A stretch of DNA of 64,000 nucleotides. Source: Eledone cirrhosa (lineage: Eukaryota). A program made the translations under genes and the position numbers. Location: assembly GCA_964016885.1 (NCBI GenBank), contig OZ024742.1, forward strand, positions 54,436,001 through 54,500,000, given 5' to 3'. Within the stretch, counting starts at the first letter, position 1. Each line of letters starts with the position of its first letter. Positions 1 through 11,617 of the stretch are shown here, piece after piece. A model generated the notes under the pieces. The model ran no database searches and was not told where the DNA came from. It was given only the letters and a program-made list of their open reading frames with translations.

Positions 1-2264
1 CGGGTGCGGGTGAGAGCAGCTTGGATCAAGGTTGGGGGATTTCCACGCTGGATGAAGCAGGAAGCCATGCGAAGGGAATGGGTTTCGAAATCATCGTCCT
101 GGCTTTAGAGTCGACGAAGGCGGAGGAATTGGGCATAGGCTATGGAGTGTTTGTTGTGGGTTGGATGGGTGGAGGTGAATTCGAGATAAGATTGGGAGTC
201 TGTTGGTTTAATGAATATGGAAGTAGAGAAGGTGTAGTGAGAGTGATTAATAGATAGAGAGATATCTAGAAAAGCGACAGAAGAATCGGAGAAAGGAGGT
301 GGTGAGATTGAGAGCAGGATGGAAAGATTGGACAAAAAAAAGAAAACAGTCGAGCTGTTCTCATGATAGAGAGGTGGCTCCGATGCAGTCATCGATATAA
401 CGACCGTATTGCTCAGGAGTCGGTCCAGCGTACTGGGAGAAGATCTGGGCTTCGACGTAGCCAACAAACAAGTTGGGATAGTTTGGACCCAATCTGGGTC
501 CCATCGCTACCCCAGAGACCTGCTGGTAAATTTCACCCGAAAAAGAATATTCATTAAGGGTGAGAACAAATTCAGCTAGACGGAGAAGAGTGGTAGTGCT
601 GGGGTAAGGGTAGGGCGAAAATCTAAAAAATGCTCGAGAGTGCGGAGGCTGTCATCATGAGGGATGACGGTATAGAGAGAAGTGATGTCCAGGGTAAAGA
701 GGAGGCGGGAAGGACCAGGAGGGAAGCAGAAAGAGATGAAAAGTCTAAGGGCATGATTTGTATCGTGGATGTAGGAGGGGAGATTGCCGACCAACGGGGC
801 GAGGATGGTGTCTAAATATTCAGAAATTATCTCGGTGGGGCAGGTGCACGCAGAAACGATAGGACGGCCAGGATTATTTTGTTTGTGTATTTTGGGAGGA
901 AGAAGATGGTGGGTGTGCGAAGGGTGCGTACAATAAGGTTGGTGGCTCTGGGGGTAGGTGAGAGGAGGAGATGAGCTCGTGGATGTTGGAGGACACGAGT
1001 TGTTGGTAGCCAGGAGTGTGGTCGGAGGATAAAGCGCGGTAAAAAAGGGTATTGTGAAGTTGGCGGAGGGCTTCAGCCCTATAGAGGTCATCGCTCTAAA
1101 ACCACCACAGTGCCACCTTTGTCAACAGGTTTGATGACAATGTCATCGCGACACCGAAGGTTGCGAAGAGCGGAGAGCTCAGTTCGCGTGATGTTAGACC
1201 GACGAGAATGCTGGTGGAAACGGAACCGATTCACAGTAAGCCGGCAAGTATCGACAAAAAAGTCGAGGGTGCTGAACTGGCCAGAGCTCGGCGCCCAATG
1301 TGATTGCCGGCGACTGAGACGAGGGAAGTCATCCGTCTGTGTCGATGATGGCGTGTCGTGAAAAAAAAGCTTTCAGCTTTAATCGATGGAAGAACCCTTT
1401 ATTCTAGACACGTGTGCGGAACTCGTCGCAGGTAGATGTGGTTGGTATAAAACGCAAATCGCGGGCGAGGGGGGCACGCTCAGCTTCGCGGAGTGGTAGG
1501 TCCTGTGATATGGTGATTACAGTGCAGGGACGTGAGGGAGTGAAAGAAGTGGAGGCGGAGGTGGAGGGGTCAAGGTGGTTGGGCAAAGCGTGTGCAGATA
1601 CAGTGGTAGGTGACTGGATATATGGTTTAGGGTTGGAGGTGATATGAGTATGGGTGGTGACGGCAAGCAGGGAGCGGAGAGGGTCCAGTTTATGATTTTG
1701 TATGGAAGTGAGGAAATTGAAAAGGAGGCGATTGAGGTAAAGGATGAATTGGATAAGGTATTGGGCGAGGAAAGGGTGGCAAGTGGACGAGAGATGGAGG
1801 TAGGCTTGGGGAGATCTCGGTCGAGAGAACGGATTTGGGCGAGAGTTGATAGAATGGTCACCCGCATGAGCTGGCGAGAGGAGCGGGTAAGGATGGGCTC
1901 AGTGGTGGGAGCAGCGTAAGAGGTGAGGTGAAACTTGAGGCAAAAACCGCGGGGGATGAGGTGGTGGTGGAGATAGCGACTTAAAAATGTGATGTGTGTG
2001 TTGTATCGTGTTTTGGTGAAGTTGAGATTGGAGAGATGCAGGGAGGATTGGATGCATATAGGTGGGGAGGAGGTTGGAGGACGCGCTTGAGAGTAGAATG
2101 AACCTGGCGGAGAAAAGATTTGAGATTAGGCATATTAAAGGTACTAGGATGGGAGTGAAAAATTGACGGGTGAGAAGAAGAAGGTGGTGTAAGAAGATTG
2201 TAGTACAGGAAAATTGGTAGAGAGTCGTGGAATATTTAAATGCAAGAAGCAAATAAAATTTCAA
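1..2264 (-). mobile_element. Penelope-like retroelement (Penelope/Poseidon-type RT), frameshifted, runs off the window start
   Basis: Minus-strand fragments encode DDIVIKPVDKGGTVVV, PKIHKQNNPGRPIVS, LFTLDITSLYTVIP, AMGPRLGPNYPNLFVGYVE, RYIDDCIG, FLDISL and KPTDSQSYLEFTSTHP..SIAYAQFLRLRRL, which are typical PLE RT and thumb motifs. The 5' boundary is approximate. Confidence 0.88.
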
Positions 2265-2384
2265 AGGTACGAAAGATTTCCTGGTGGAAGTTCAGGTGTA
2301 CTCCGGCTTGATATTCTGTTTCGAATCAGAAAATCCAACGAATTTTGAGAGGTCCACGTAAGCGTTGATATATATATGTATATA

Positions 2385-2470
2385 AAAGGTAAACAGAAAT
2401 AACAACACAATCGGTACAGTATATAGAAAGTATATATTAGGTTAATGCTTGATATAGCAGGAAGAGGGTC

Positions 2471-2471
<1 letters not shown>
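2385..2471 (-). repeat. PLE terminal-repeat fragment, homologous (inverted) to 47368-47460
   Basis: Reverse complement AGACCCTCTTCCTGCTATATCAAGCATTAACCTAATAT...TACTGTACCGATTGTGTTGTTATTTCTGTTTACCTTTTA matches 47368-47457. Confidence 0.8.
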
Positions 2472-2508
<37 letters not shown>

Positions 2509-2899
2509 CATATATATACAGAGAGAGAATAAAGAAAACGAAAAATCAGTGATGCATCTGGACTTAATTTATTGCGTGTTACAAATGTTTCGCCGCCAGG
2601 TAGCTCGAGACATGGTCCTTGTATGGATCTGGCTGATTCTACTTCTGCGGGTTCTTTCAGACACGAGTGTTTCGTCTGGAGAAAATTTTATCACTGGGGT
2701 GTTATCATCAAAAAGCACCCTAAAAAACCCTACTTCCACTCTTGTCATGCCATTGGCTGTTTTTACTCCACGTCACCACAAGTTCTGGTCAGTATCTGCT
2801 GTCACACGATTCATCAGCCATTTTCCGTCCGACACATTTCGATGGAATCATGCTGGGTTCAGTATTTCACCCGTCTGTTCACACTTCAGAGTAAGCACT

Positions 2900-3438
2900 C
2901 ACACATACTAAAATACACACATAAACACACACACATGCAGACACATACATATTTATGCATACACACCGGAACGCCTACATGCGCAGACACACACACACCC
3001 ACATACATACATAAAAGTATATATACACACACCCTCTCTCCCTCACTTCCACGGAGACAGTCACACCCACTTGTTGATACATATCGCCACAAGCCTTATG
3101 ACGGCTGCTTACTTTTCGCACTGTATCATTTGGGATAAGCATGGCCTACTCAAACATACACATATATACATACATACGCGTGCACACATACATACGCCCA
3201 ACCTTGTATACATTTATATATATATATATATATATACACTCATACACACACATATATACATACACACATACATAGACATACATACATATACACACACATG
3301 TGTATACACATATATATACACACATATACATACATACATATACATACATACACACACACACATATATATATATACTCACACATGCCCACACATACATACA
3401 AATACACATACGTACACAAACATTACATACTCACGTAG

Positions 3439-3505
<67 letters not shown>

Positions 3506-3845
3506 AAAACGACAACTTAACATGCATACGCACATCCAAATATATACATACATATACCTACGCATATGCCGATATACATACATCTACACATGCATACGAA
3601 CACGTGTTGCCATATGCATAAACCTGCACATATGCATATCTGCTTACACACACATGTGCTTCCACATGTACATATATAAACAAAACCGTAAATTAAAGTT
3701 AAAAGTACATTATGCAATAAAAAAAATATACCCCAAAATAACGGTAAATTACCGTAACATAAAACATATATAATGTAATATAATATACAATATGATATAT
3801 CTCTCTCTCTCTCTCCCCATATATATATACATATATATATATAAT
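2900..3845. repeat. Compound degenerate (CA)n/(TA)n/(CATA)n microsatellite region
   Basis: Directly visible; source of the spurious H/T/Y/I ORFs. Confidence 0.95.
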
Positions 3846-4344
3846 ACAAACAGAAATATTAAAGTAAACGACACAGCACAATGAAGAAATATATTACTAA
3901 TTTTAGCACGATATTTTAAATATATATATGAATATATATGCGTGTGTGCGTATATATCTATATTCGTTCATGCATGTTTACACTTACGCCTATTCCTTTC
4001 TAAAGAAACACATATACATATACAGAGGATTCAACACATGAACCAATGATATTCATTCATGCATGCTAGGGTTTTGTTATATAGCATTTTCGTTCCGAGC
4101 AGCAGATAACTCATGTAAATTTAATAAGAACAGAATTGGATCGAAATTAAACAGAGCGTGAGTAAATAGTCGAAGAAATTTAGTCACCTATTTTTAAAAT
4201 TCTAAAAGCTAAACTGTCCTTCATTGGTTTTGTATTAATAAACAATCCAATAAATGCGCAACGCTTAATAAATTTCACAATATCGATATTTGGCGAAAAT
4301 TGACTTACATATGCTTAAAGTGTACATTACTTAGGCAATTCTTA

Positions 4345-4586
<242 letters not shown>

Positions 4587-4595
4587 AACGGAGGA

Positions 4596-4733
4596 AAATA
4601 GACGGGAGGTAATCTCACACAAATTAAATGTTCTCATCAGCTTTTAGACCGCCTGTGATTTCGACGATGTAAGTAAAAGGACCACAGGTGTATAGAAAAT
4701 TTAATGTTTGTGAGATTCCATCTCGTCTATTTT
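4596..4733. mobile_element. MITE-like element with ~40-bp imperfect terminal inverted repeats
   Basis: AAAATAGACGGGAGGTAATCTCACACAAATTAAATGTTCT versus the reverse complement of AGAAAATTTAATGTTTGTGAGATTCCATCTCGTCTATTTT. Confidence 0.55.
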
Positions 4734-4854
4734 ATCACCCCTTTCTCATTTCTTGCTGTCACTTTTGCTAATACACTTCTAGCCACTGACGCCGCCATTG
4801 ACAGCATTTTCCTGTTTTAACAGTTTCTTCGCGTTGAGTTCTTCGAACTACTCT

Positions 4855-4909
4855 ATGAATTCTAATACACTCAAATACAGGAAAATGCCCTCAGTGGCTA
4901 GAAGTGTGT

Positions 4910-4996
<87 letters not shown>

Positions 4997-5157
4997 AAAA
5001 TGTTAGACCCCGTAAACGGCTATTTCTGGAGGTCCAGAAATAGCCGTCGAAACGGCTTGAGGTCTGCCGTGGGGGTCTAACATTTTCATATACATATAAA
5101 TATGCTAACACACTTCTAGCCACTGAGGGCATTTTCCTGTATTTGAATGTATTAGAA

Positions 5158-5163
<6 letters not shown>
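4855..5163. repeat. ~58-bp inverted repeats (4855-4913 / 5105-5163) enclosing a microsatellite and a hammerhead-shaped three-way junction
   Basis: GAATTCTAATACACTCAAATACAGGAAAATGCCCTCAGTGGCTAGAAGTGTGTTA and its near-perfect reverse complement; a third partial copy lies at ~4768-4815. Confidence 0.85.
4996..5087 (+). ncRNA. Degenerate type I hammerhead-like three-way junction (core inactivated)
   Basis: Stem I GAAAATGTTAGACCC/GGGTCTAACATTTTC; stem II ACGGCTATTTCTGGA/TCCAGAAATAGCCGT; then C-GAAA; stem III ACGGC/GCCGT. The CUGANGA position reads CGTAA and the cleavage triplet is GUG. Confidence 0.5.
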
Positions 5164-5189
<26 letters not shown>

Positions 5190-5191
<2 letters not shown>

Positions 5192-5801
5192 AATGAGTAG
5201 GAACCCGACGGCTGAGCTCAAGCCGTTTCGACGGCTAATTCTGGACTAAATGAACATTTTTATCCTGGTATATGAATAGCCGAGCTTGTCAGGGGGTAAT
5301 TCCATATATGGTAAAAGTGATTGTCACAAGGATTGGTTAAAAGTTTGTTGTTGAGACACATAATTCTATCATGGCAATTTGTGGAGGGAAGGGGTAGCTG
5401 GACCTGCCAGTAGAAGAAAGAGGGAGTGGGGGTGGAGGAAACCCAGTTGAGCGTTAATAGTGCCAACTACAGCTGGGCAGGAGGTCAAAGAAGTATACTA
5501 GGGGGGAGGGAGGAAGTCGAAACAATAAGTAAAACAATATGGGATAAATATATAGAAAAATACCGAGAATGTTAAAAAACAATTAAATGTACAAAAAAAA
5601 AACAATTTCTAGTTACTATAACCTAAGGACAGCTATCAAGTCTCTCACTGGTACTGCGAGACTAAAGAAAGGTTTACTAGGAGAGACGGAATTATAATGA
5701 GACCCTTTTAAGAGGTATAATTAATCAACCGAGTATATCTTACGGTGACGGGTCAACAAGTGGGGGGCCAAAATACTAAAGAAGCTACCACGAAATAATA
5801 A

Positions 5802-5805
<4 letters not shown>
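5190..5805 (-). mobile_element. Non-coding hammerhead-bearing repeat, family H2 (homologous to 58360-59800 and 36163-36301)
   Basis: Collinear similarity to 58445-59070, including GACGGCTGAGCTCAAGCCGTTTCGACGGCTAATTCTGGACTAAATG and GACCCTTTTAAGAGGTATAA; bounded by (TA)n on both sides. Confidence 0.8.
5203..5297 (-). ncRNA. Type I hammerhead ribozyme, core one base from consensus (CUGACAA)
   Basis: Minus strand: ACCCC CTGACAA GCTCGGCTA-loop-TAGCCGTC GAAA CGGCT TGAGCTC AGCCG TC GGGTT. All three helices are present with a GUC cleavage triplet. Confidence 0.7.
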
Positions 5806-5846
<41 letters not shown>

Positions 5847-6039
5847 GCAAACTTGACTGTCACCACATATTATGAACCTGAAGATTGCGAAAGCATGAAA
5901 GTACTTGTTCAATTAACACTTAGAATTTAATATTCTATCATACTATTTCATTATAATACCATTATAAATTTTAAAGGATTGTAAATAAAACGAGTAAATC
6001 AGACAAAGTTGGAATTCCTCTTATTAATATATATATATA

Positions 6040-6270
6040 TACTTCACTTTTGTGTTTGTTTTGCAAGATTTCTTATCTGAAAACGTGTATTGAAACAGAT
6101 ATTGTTATATTTTGGGATGGTCGTGCTAACAATAAAAATACACGCGAATGTTGGTTTTTCACTTCAATTTATTACAAATTTCTGGTTGGTTGGTTTGATA
6201 ACCGTATGGTTGTTTATATATTGTCATGTGAAAGCTCTTTCGTCACACATTATGTGACCCTCAGTGACTG
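6040..6270 (-). mobile_element. Non-coding repeat family H1 with minimal hammerhead-like motif (6223-6268)
   Basis: Reverse complement GTCA CTGAGG GTCACATAATGTGTGAC GAAA GAGCTTTC; homologous to 36340-36590 and 51295-51545. Confidence 0.65.
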
Positions 6271-6537
6271 GTTTGTTCTGCGCAAGACAAAACTGAGGAG
6301 ATTACAGGATGTGTGACGAAAGAACATTGAGATGACAATAATTCCAGATAGATACGATTGTATAAAGCTAAGAGATAAATAATTACAATTTTAGGAAGTT
6401 GCAGGGGTAAGATTTTAAGAGAAAAGATTTTATAGAACATTTATTCTATAAAATCAATTGAATTGTTAAACGTAGTAATCCGGTCAGAGATTGAAAATTA
6501 AAATACGAATGAAAAATTAATAATGATTTCTTATATA

Positions 6538-6692
6538 GGCACAAGGCGAGTAATATTTGGGGGTGACTCGTACTTTATTTTATCGAACCCGAAATGATGA
6601 AAGGCAAAGTTAACCTCGGCGGGATTTGAAATCAGATCATAAAGGGCCGTAACTCAATGTTGCAAAGCATGGCGTCTGCCCCTCTACCGATT
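6538..6692 (-). mobile_element. tRNA-derived SINE (Meta-domain type)
   Basis: B-box-like GATTTCAAATCC and central GCCTTTCATCATTTCGGGTTCGATAAAATAAAGTAC on the minus strand; multiple copies in the window. Confidence 0.8.
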
Positions 6693-6839
6693 AATAATAA
6701 TTGATATGAGTACTAGTTATTATTATTTTTTCTGTCCTAATTTTTCATTCATATTTATTTTAATTATTAATCCCTTACCGGATTGTTACATTTAACGATT
6801 CAATTAACTGTCCTACATGCAAGTAGGACAGTAAGGGTC

Positions 6840-7610
6840 CATGTTCTTAGGATTTCCTGGGATGCGTGGTGACAGAGGGCTCTGACACCCTCCTCGACGT
6901 CAAGTTTTCAAAGAGAGAGAGAGAGGTGGTACGGAATTCTTTTAGAGATTATTCTCCAAATCAGACCCGAAGACATAAAAATATCCCAGACAACCTTAAA
7001 GAATCGGGAGGGTACAAAATCAAGTCAGCAAACGGCTGCACTGCTTAGTGTCTGGTGAAGCCACACACCTGCGAGCCATTTGTCCCTGGCTAAAAAGTTC
7101 AGGGGCCCCACAAACCTCTGTTGCGGCCACAGCCGATGCCAAGCCAAAATTCAACATCAGCACAACCGGCAATAGAAAAGGGACAAGCACCACCGGCAAC
7201 AGCAGCAACAAGGATCATTAAACCACACTAGGGAGTTTCCCCAAAAGTTAGCCCTCTCACCCACTTTCAAACACACACACACAGAACAACACTCATACAG
7301 CCGTAAACACTCCCGCCTCATTCTGACAGAGTCCCCTGGCACTAGTTCCTCCACATCCGCAATGGAAGATGAACTGGAACCCCCAAAAAGAAAACCCCAA
7401 AAGAAAAAAAAATTCATCTTCTCACATACCCCAAAAAAGGAAAACAAAAGACAGACACATCCACAACACCAACACCACAATCGTCAACAAAAACACAATC
7501 CCCGCCAAAACACCGGCAAAACCGCAAATCATGCCCCACAAAAGAAAACAACAACAACGATAGATACATCTATCTTGGTGTTACTAGGAAGGACAATAAA
7601 AAAAGTATGA
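6840..7610 (+). pseudogene. Decayed LINE ORF1 (gag-like) fragment, possibly Tx1/L1-like
   Basis: Zinc-knuckle-like peptide CLVSGEATHLRAICP at ~7042-7086 (second Cys replaced by Ser), followed by a K/Q/T-rich low-complexity tail. Confidence 0.35.
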
Positions 7611-7982
7611 CCCTTGTAACACGAAGTCAAGACATTGAGACAGAGGGAGAGATATTTGGCACCTGCACAGTTAAAGTCCCCCAAGCTCTGGTTATGGTAT
7701 GGATGCCAATAAATATTTGCAAAACTTTAAGTAGAGCTTTCCAGATAACGTGGGGCGCCCTAATGTGAAAGCCTCGAGTAAGCTTTTAAAGAGGTTCCCT
7801 GTGGAAACCCCACCAATTATGGAGGTCGAACCCCCCGAAATCCAGAGACCCTGGGGAGGTAAGTAAACCTTTCAACTCTATTTTAGCCTACCAACATGGC
7901 CATCCTAAGAGTTTAAATGTTCGTTGTCTGGGGTGGTCCTGCTCAAAGACCCGACGCACTGGCGTCGATTTAATCGACTTTC

Positions 7983-9510
7983 TTCTTTTCTTCATCTTTT
8001 TTTCTTGCTCAACGAGGCCAGGGTCATCCTAAGCCAGTGATCCCAAAGCGTCGTCTTGCATAGAGCCGACTAGGTCCATCAGTGCCCTCCATCTCTGTCG
8101 CTGGCTGCCCCGCAGCTGCACCTTTGCATCATCCAAGTAGATGTCGAGCATCCGGAGATCTTCCCTGAGGATATCCAGCCATCTAGTTCGGGTCCTGCTA
8201 CAGGGCCACTCTCAATCTGCAGTCGCTGGGTCAAATGAGAGTAAAGCCCTGTAAGATGATGTGTTGGAAAGAGGAGGACATGTCCGTATCAGCGCATACG
8301 GCGGATAGCTATGGAGCGAGAAGCTGTGGGCAAATGCGTGCAAACACATTTGAAACGTGGTGGTCCCATCTGATGTTTCCGATGGTCCTTAGGGCTCTGA
8401 TATTGAAGCTGTCAATCCTCATTGCCTGGGCCTTGGTGAGGCGCCACGTTTATGGCGCAAAAAGCGCTTCCATTGGGTGTGCATGACACAGTAGCCAGTC
8501 TGCAACTTTGATCTCCGGAATCAGGCCTCTATTCCTGGTGACAGTCGAGCCCAGGTATATAAAGGATCATTAAGTTCTGGTGAATCTGGGCCATTGCCGA
8601 GAAGCATAAGCTTTGTCTTTGCCCAGCTTACCCCAAGGCAAAGCTTTACTGACTACTCTCCGTATATGGCCAGTGCGTCTCTGAGTTGATCGATCAAGTT
8701 ACTGAATAGGGTGGTGTCGTCTGCGTACTCCGGGTAGTTCCCGAAAGTAACGTCAGAAACTCGCTCACAAACCTTGGTCATCAGATATTCGATGGCACAG
8801 TTGAAGAGGTAGGCGGCAGCCACACAACCCTGTCTAACTCCACTGTTGATGGGAGACCAGTCGGCGTCCTTCCAGTTCACCCACACGCAGCTCTCGGCAC
8901 TGCTACAGAAGCGTTGTAACAGAGCGGTGATCTTCGGATAAGCGCCGACAAGTTGGAAAATTTGCTAGGTGAATATGTGGTTGACCGTGTCGAAAGCCAG
9001 CCACCTTGAGGTTGACGAAGGTGACATAGAGGCGGAGATCTTTAAGGGACACTCGAGATCATTCGATAATGAGGCGGAGGGCAGGAATGTGGTCAGCGGT
9101 GGATCGATTAAGTATGAATCTGGCTTCTTGTGGGCGTCGTTCGCTTCTAATGGCTGGAAGAGCACGGTTGAGGAGGTTCACGTTGAAGACCTTCCTTGAG
9201 ATAGAGAGAAGTGTGATGCCACTGTCATTGCTGCAGACGAGATTGTCGCCCATCCGTTTCCAGAAGGGGGGGATAATTCGTCGGGTCCAGTCATTTGGAG
9301 ATTGCTCTGAGACCCATACATAGCTGACGAAACAGGTGAGCCACTGGATCATATTAACTCCAACCGCCTTTAACATCTCCGCGGTGATAGTACAGATTCC
9401 AGGGGGGTTGTGGTTTTTGAGCTTCTTCAGGGCGGCTCTGAATTCATCGGATGTGACAGAATCGACTCTGCAGGAGACGTTGGCTGCAGCGATGTCTGCG
9501 GTGATGGTGA
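7983..9510 (-). mobile_element. RTE-clade LINE, 5'-truncated RT fragment with 3' end
   Basis: Peptides DWTRRIIPPFWKRMGD..CSNDSGITLLS, SGVRQGCVAAAYLFN, EYADDT, FIYLGS; purine-rich (GAA-like) tail at ~7983-8010. Confidence 0.85.
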
Positions 9511-9513
9511 TGA

Positions 9514-11362
9514 AGATCGTTTTTCAAAGCGCCTTATACGAACAGCTTTGGCCGACACTTTTTGCTTGATTGTTTCTATCAGCATGTTGATTTTATACTG
9601 CATGTTCGTTTCAATTTTCTAAGTTTAGTTTGTTTAACATGTTCAACTACTTTGTAGTTTGCTAAAATTTCTATGTCAGATCGGAGGTTTATTTGGCGAT
9701 TGATGTTTTCTTGCCAAGTAGGTTTTTTGTGGGGATTCCTTTGTTTTTTTATTTTCCCTCCACATAAGTGAGTGGTGACTCTAGAGATGATTTAGATCAG
9801 TAATGTTTAGTTTATTTGTGATGATAATGTTTTTGAGAGTTATGTTAATCTTGTGTATTATCCTTTGGTTTTGTTTGGAGTTCTGGATCTTAGGGAGAGT
9901 GTCTCGTTCCCCCATGTCAGATTCTTTCATTTTCATCCATTCGATCATAATTTCATTCTTAAAGTCGGTGAGTTCATTCTCATTCATTTCTCCCTCCACT
10001 TTTTCGATCCTTTCTTTAATTTGTTCTGTTGTCAGTGATTCCGCCCCAACCCTGGGATTCGAAGTGTTACAATTTACCTCGTTTTCACTGACACCTGTTT
10101 CATTTTCCCTTCGCTGACTTTGCGCTAATTGCTTGATCTGATCAATTTCTATATCAGTTAGTAACATTTTCTTAACAATATTCCTTCGTATATTAGCTAA
10201 TTTGTTACTGTCAATATAGCCTCTGTTTTCCGGATGTTTCTTTTTCCAGTTGATATAAGTCTGTTCTGTATTCACTCTATTTGATGGGTAGTACATGGCA
10301 GTGTAGAAAGCCTCAAGGACGACTTCTTTATTGTCTTCCCATGACCATTTTTCTCTCCTTTTCTTTGGATTTCTTGGTGGTGAGCATGGAGGGCCAACAG
10401 TAGGAGTATTCCGGTTATGGGATGTCTCCAGCTCCGAATTGATTGGAAGGTTTGAACCATTAGCTGATATTTCGACCCAAGTCTGGTTCCTCTCTGAGGG
10501 ACGCGGCCCTTTTTGACCCGGGTGACGGCCGAACCGGTATGAGATTTTATCATTTTTGTTGTGTTTTATCCTTAACCGCCAAGGGATAATCATTTCGGGT
10601 AACACTCCTAGGATGAGTGTCAACCAAGACTAGAGGGGTCGTTCTTCCCTAGAGGGTTATTCCCCGCCGGCCGCCATCCCGGTATTTCTTGGTCACGAGG
10701 CTTTTTTTTGTTTTTTAAATTGTTATTATCATGGGTGGTTCCTTAATGTAAGCCCCTCGTGCCTGAGAAAGAAATTATTATTAATTATGTAATATACTTT
10801 TTGTTGAAGTTGCTTCTTCATTGCCATAGCCGTTAACTTTTGACCGAGTCACTATGTCAGTCTATTTATATCTTTTGTTAGCCTCTCCCTTGTCTAGTGT
10901 TAGTGCCACCTTCTCCTTTCTTAAGTTAACAGAAGGTAGTGGGGGAATACTGGTGATAGCAATGATGGAGTGGTGGCGCCGGGGATGGGATAGTGGTAGT
11001 GTAGTGATGGTGTTGTAGCCACTGTATTCTGTTGAATAGACTGTAGCTAGTATGCGTTTGTTTGATCTGTATGTCTATGCGGTTTGTCGCCTATGTTTAA
11101 TATATATGTTGACATATTTCCTCAAAATTTGAATTAGACATTTTGAGAAAACTTGAGATACAATAATAATAATTATTATTATGCTGGGATTGGTGGTGGT
11201 GAAATTGCCGTTATTTGGCTGTTGTATTTAGTGTACACGGGGGGAGGGGGTAGGTGGTGTATTTAGGTTGTGGTGGTGAACTTGTCGTTATTTGGCTCTT
11301 CTATTTAGTGTAGACAGAGGGGAGTTTTCATCCAATTATAACCATTTTCTATTTTTGAATAT
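9514..11362 (-). mobile_element. R4/Dong-clade retrotransposon family A, copy 1: 5' part only (UTR plus N-terminal ORF 9781-10623)
   Basis: Highly similar to 14290-15660; N-terminal KWSWEDNKEVVLEAFY domain; RT and endonuclease are missing. Confidence 0.85.
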
Positions 11363-11557
11363 AATATTTCTAATACAAAATTGAATATTTGAACCATATG
11401 ACAGGGTGTCATAGGAAACTATTTCCTGAGAGCTAAGACTGGTGCCTTATGTCCCATCTGTACTAAGAATTGTTATATCACAATTGTTTTAGATATGTTA
11501 AACATAAAAAAATTACGGGAGCGATTCCATTACACTCTATCCACTACGTGCGTCTCC

Positions 11558-11560
<3 letters not shown>

Positions 11561-11616
<56 letters not shown>
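11561..11616. repeat. (TTA)n microsatellite abutting the 3' end of R4 copy A2
   Basis: Directly visible. Confidence 0.97.

Positions 11617-11617
<1 letters not shown>

Noticed and set aside
2549-2911. Overlapping ORFs of 120 and 188 aa
   Set aside because: No recognisable domain; they run into a microsatellite and are probably an unclassified repeat.
4630-4670. Minus-strand GAAA...CTGATGA arrangement resembling a type II hammerhead
   Set aside because: Stems I-III cannot be paired convincingly.
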